A stretch of 64,000 nt of DNA. It comes from Utricularia gibba (Eukaryota > Plantae > Magnoliophyta). Below are positions 60,427 to 64,000 of this stretch, piece after piece (position 1 is the first letter of the stretch; every line of letters begins with the position of its first letter). Location: positions 2,294,001-2,358,000 of the forward strand of contig NEEC01000017.1 in the NCBI GenBank assembly GCA_002189035.1, given 5' to 3'. Made by a program: the position numbers and the translations under genes. A model generated the notes under the pieces. The model was not told where the DNA came from. It was given only the letters and a program-made list of their open reading frames with translations, and searched no databases.

Positions 60427-62846
60427 TCAACGAGCTTGGCTTCCAGAGTTGTCTGAAACGTTGAACAACACCTGGGGCAGAGAAGCTATCCTTGGCAGGT
60501 TAAGCAGGAGGTCTCCGACGGAGCCCGGAATTGTTTGATCGGGATCGATCTTTCGTGGTGTGCTGGGATGCGGGGGATTCGAGCTGGAAGATGTGTCTTT
60601 CTGCAGGAGGGAGCACAGGGAGTTGACTCTGGACATGAGGGTCTTGTCATGGGAGTCAGGCAGGATGTTGGGGAAGTCACTGAACAAGCAGCGGTTGATG
60701 TCATCCAGCACCTGTAGGCTCTCCAAGTCTTCACTGGAGAAGCTTGGATTGGAGGAGTTTCCTGATACCTGGTGCTCCAGATGGTTCACTAAGTCGCTCA
60801 TAGACATCGATGAGCGGAGACAAGGGACCATGATCTGGTTCCAGTTACTGCCTTCCTTTGGGTACTCGAAGCTTTCTGTGTTCTCTACTGCTGATGTGCG
60901 CTGAGCTGAAAGTAAACATGGGATTCAATCAGACAGAAAATGAGCATGCCGCTGGTTATATTGGGATATCATTACCATACGGTGCAAGGTGTTTTAACTA
61001 CCTGAATTTGGAGAAGGTGCCTCATGAGTGAAAAACTCTGTGCTCCTGGCCACGTTTTCAGAACCGTTGCGTGAGGAAGAGGACTGAGCAAACGGGGAGG
61101 CATCATCCAGCAGACTGAAAAGGGGAGGACTACCCTCTCTATTCAAATCGAAATCATTGTTGGAACTAGTTTGATCATGGGAGACTTTCACTTTGGGTTC
61201 AAAGTATGGCGAATATAGTGTTATTTCCCCTTCCTGGCTGAGAAAATTCAAGCGTGGGTCACACTGCACAAGCTTCTCAAAGTGTTTACCCAACAAACCT
61301 GATGGGCACTCTAAATAGTGTCGCCTGTGAACACAAAAAGAAACAAATAAATCAAAAGAACTCATGTCTTGAAATACACATCTGGCTTCGTAAATGCTTT
61401 GATGTTCAAATATTTCAAACGGATTACAAAGAGGGTAAATCACCAAAAGAAAGCTTTCACATAGAAACAAACAACCAAAAAGGCAACACTCCCTAAGCAT
61501 GATAAAAAACTGTGACCTATGTACACTTGCTTCTCCACCGGTAAAGTCGGAAGTTGCTTGCCAAAGGGTGTGCTTCCTAGGTTGTGGATTTGTTTCTCGA
61601 AAGAAGAGGGGCTGCCGTGCAAGCTGATAAATGGGGATGGCCAAGAATGTGAGATTTTAAAACTGTGCTGCGATCAAAGCGATGACAGAAACAAAGACTA
61701 CCACCGATCAACAAAATATTACCACAATATCCAGAGTCCCGGGTCGATCATCAGGATAATTTGCTTTCAAAGCCATAATATCAGACCACTGAATTTCTAT
61801 TTTATTCTTCAGACCACCATCAAGAACCTCCCAGACTAACTTATGCTTTGCGAAATAACACTTTGCCACTAGGTCCCCCTCGTATCTTGATTTATACTGC
61901 AATTTGGAAACCATTTTAATTCTTTATAAAGGCGTTCTGCCTCAAGGTTTTGAGCTTACCTCCCAGCTTCCAATTCTAAGAACTGAACCTGGAAAATTGG
62001 AAGCCTTCAGCTTGTCACCAGACGCAGCAACCCCCTTCAACTCTTTCGTAACATTGCTTTGTCTCCCAACTTTAGCTGCATTTGCTTCTGAAATTTTCAT
62101 CTGAATCAGCTCTAAAAGTGATGGGCTTTTCCTAAGACGCAGACCCAGTGGACTTGGCTCCTCAAATGGATTGTATTCCGTCTGAGGAGCTGCCATACCA
62201 CCCATTGTCATAATCTGCTGCAGGAGCCAGAGAGAGAACATAAATTAACATAACGAAACTAGGAGTGGACACTGGAAGGCTCCGCCCACAATTCAGAGCT
62301 AAAAATGGTCATATCGTGCAGTTAGGGTCTTATAGAAAATAAACCCAAATGGTGGATGATAACTCCCCCAAGTACAGAAGATGAACAAAAAATAGTAGTG
62401 AAAAAGATCACGTTTATCATTTCTATATCAACAGTGAGCCCGAAATCAAGTAGGAAACACACAGAAAGGAGCTTTCAGTACAGTCCCATTGAAAGTTGGT
62501 CAAATCGAAAACTTGTTCCACATTTATTAAAGGAACAACAGGAAAAGCAACAGCCGAAAATTTCCATTCTCCACCCAGATTCTAAAAACCGAAATTTCCA
62601 TTCTCGCACCCCAATTCAGCACATACACAAACTAAAACACCCCCAAAGACGAACTCCCCAGGAACCAACAACTGAGTCACACCAACCCAACATGAAAACT
62701 AAAATTAAAAATTTTGGAGGTTACTCTGGGCGCTTATTGAGAGGGGCGTATTCTTCTTGCAAATAATCCTCAATCTCCACCTTGACCGCCGCGGTCCTGT
62801 CACCGCCTCTACACCCAGATTCCCTCCCCATCATCATGTACACCAT
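60427..62846 (-). CDS. Uncharacterised plant protein of the ASG1 (At2g24100)-like family
   Basis: EPSPLGLRLRKSPSLLELIQ, KLKASNFPG, EGDLVAKCYFAKHKLVWEVL, KIEIQWSDI, QPRKHTLWQATSDFT and PRIASLPQVLF. The probable first exon (from 62846, VKVEIEDYLQEEYAPLNKR) has a donor out of phase with the next exon, so that junction is unresolved. Confidence 0.85.
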
Positions 62847-63228
62847 AGATTAACCGAAATATTTGACTTGACAAGCTTCGAACTTCCCCGGATCAAATCC
62901 TTAAAGGAGTACCAAAAGAAGCAAGTATTCCACTTTCACGTTGCCTTCTCGCAGACCGAAGCGACGGAATAATTGAGGGAGAGGGGGAGAGAGAAGTGAC
63001 GTACCCTGTTTCTTCTCCTCTCTCAAGGCTGATTCCCACGTGCCCTATTTCACTGCCCCTCCCACGGACCTCATGCAAACGTTATTTACAAATGTAATTC
63101 TGAGATATAAAGTGACACGGAAATCAGCGCAAGTGGTTTTTTTTCTTGGTTTATTTATCTTTTTTATTATTATTAAAGGAGATATCTGCTGTATTTAGTG
63201 GCACCAGTCTTCTCATTCACGTGAAAGG

Positions 63229-64000
63229 ATGGGGCTCTGGCTTCTGGCGGTTGCATCTGTCTGCATTGCCGCCGTGGTGGGCGCCGCTGTCGGTTTTCCC
63301 CGCCGCAGCAAGGGTCTTCCACCTGGGCCGCCGAGCTTCCCCCTCGTCGGGAACCTGGTATGGCTCTTGAAACCCCTATCCGAACTGGAAGTGATCCTCC
63401 GGGAACTCAGGAAGCGCTACGGCCCAATAATCACTATGAGAATCGGCCGTCGCCCGATCATTTTCATCGGGAGTCACGCATTCGCCCACCGCGCCCTCGT
63501 CCAAAAGGGCGCTGTATTCTCGGACCGCCCCGGCCCGCCGCCGGGGTCCAATTTCATGAACAGATCTCAGTTGAGAATAAGCTCTTCCCCCTACGGCGCG
63601 ACGTGGCGGCTCCTCCGCCGCAACCTCACTCAGGAGATCCTTCACCCTTCCCGCGTGAAGTCCTACTCCGATTCGCGTCGCTGGGTTCTCTCACTCTTGA
63701 TCAGCCGCCTTCGGGTTTCCGTGCGAACCAATACGGCTGTGCGCCTGATCGATCACTTTCAATTCGCTATGTTCAGCTTGCTGGTGTTTATGTGCTTCGG
63801 CGATCGTCTCCCGGAGTCGCAAATCAAGGAAATTGAGAGCACCCAGCGAGCCCTTCTTCTCGCATTCCGCTCCTTCAATCGGTTGATGTTCTGGCCGCGC
63901 CTCGGCCGGTTCCTTTTCCGCCGGACATGGAAAAAGTTGTTTCAACTGCGAGAAGAGCAAGACAGGGTGTTGATTCCTCTAATCAGAGCTCGGATTTCCC
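63229..64000 (+). CDS. Second CYP89A-like P450, 5' part (runs off the window); frameshift near 63374
   Basis: MGLWLLAVASVCIAAVV...LPPGPPSFPLVGNLVWLLKP. After a one-base shift it continues ELEVILRELRKRYGPIITMRIG...HRALVQKGAVFSDRP...YGATWRLLRRNL, collinear with the CYP at 36.8-38.3 kb. Confidence 0.9.
   Translation, partial: MGLWLLAVASVCIAAVVGAAVGFPRRSKGLPPGPPSFPLVGNLVWLLKPLSELEVILRELRKRYGPIITMRIGRRPIIFIGSHAFAHRALVQKGAVFSDRPGPPPGSNFMNRSQLRISSSPYGATWRLLRRNLTQEILHPSRVKSYSDSRRWVLSLLISRLRVSVRTNTAVRLIDHFQFAMFSLLVFMCFGDRLPESQIKEIESTQRALLLAFRSFNRLMFWPRLGRFLFRRTWKKLFQLREEQDRVLIPLIRARIS

Noticed and set aside
18565-63375. Programmed ribosomal frameshifting as the shared explanation for the six broken genes
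   Set aside because: The runs differ in base and length, lack a common slippery heptamer or downstream structure, and occur in unrelated families not known to frameshift. Consensus error is far simpler.
1-64000. CRISPR arrays, rRNA, autonomous transposons, organellar insertions, prokaryotic contamination
   Set aside because: No repeat-spacer arrays, rRNA motifs or RT/integrase/transposase ORFs were seen; the genes are typical intron-containing plant nuclear genes.

Overview
A 64-kb window of a very compact eudicot plant nuclear genome. It holds about 28 protein-coding loci (roughly one per 2.3 kb), one tRNA-Asp(GTC), short AT-rich introns and spacers, and no recognisable transposon coding sequence. 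Loci in order: MAKR6-like, WRKY27-like, NF-X1 (NFXL1), SmF, BAP31-like, PAP17-type purple acid phosphatase, GDT1-like plastid Mn transporter, BPC GAGA factor, Nudix hydrolase, tRNA-Asp, ClpC, TAF5, a small membrane protein, an At1g16080-like plastid protein, CYP89A, SLY1, BolA4, LURP1-related, CAF1, NRAMP1-like, WRKY40-like, a decayed 3-methyladenine glycosylase, a split-domain receptor-like kinase, two small spliced proteins, a MAPKKK, an ASG1-like protein and a second, partial CYP89A. The strongest observation is that six otherwise intact genes each carry a frameshift repaired by adding one base to a short homopolymer run, probably a systematic long-read consensus error. The glycosylase instead looks like a true pseudogene. 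Candidate regulatory features include a P1BS cluster upstream of the phosphatase and splice-dependent uORFs ending next to the CAF1 and NRAMP start codons. All family assignments and Arabidopsis locus IDs come from recalled motifs, not database searches. I found no evidence for a wholly new multi-gene system.
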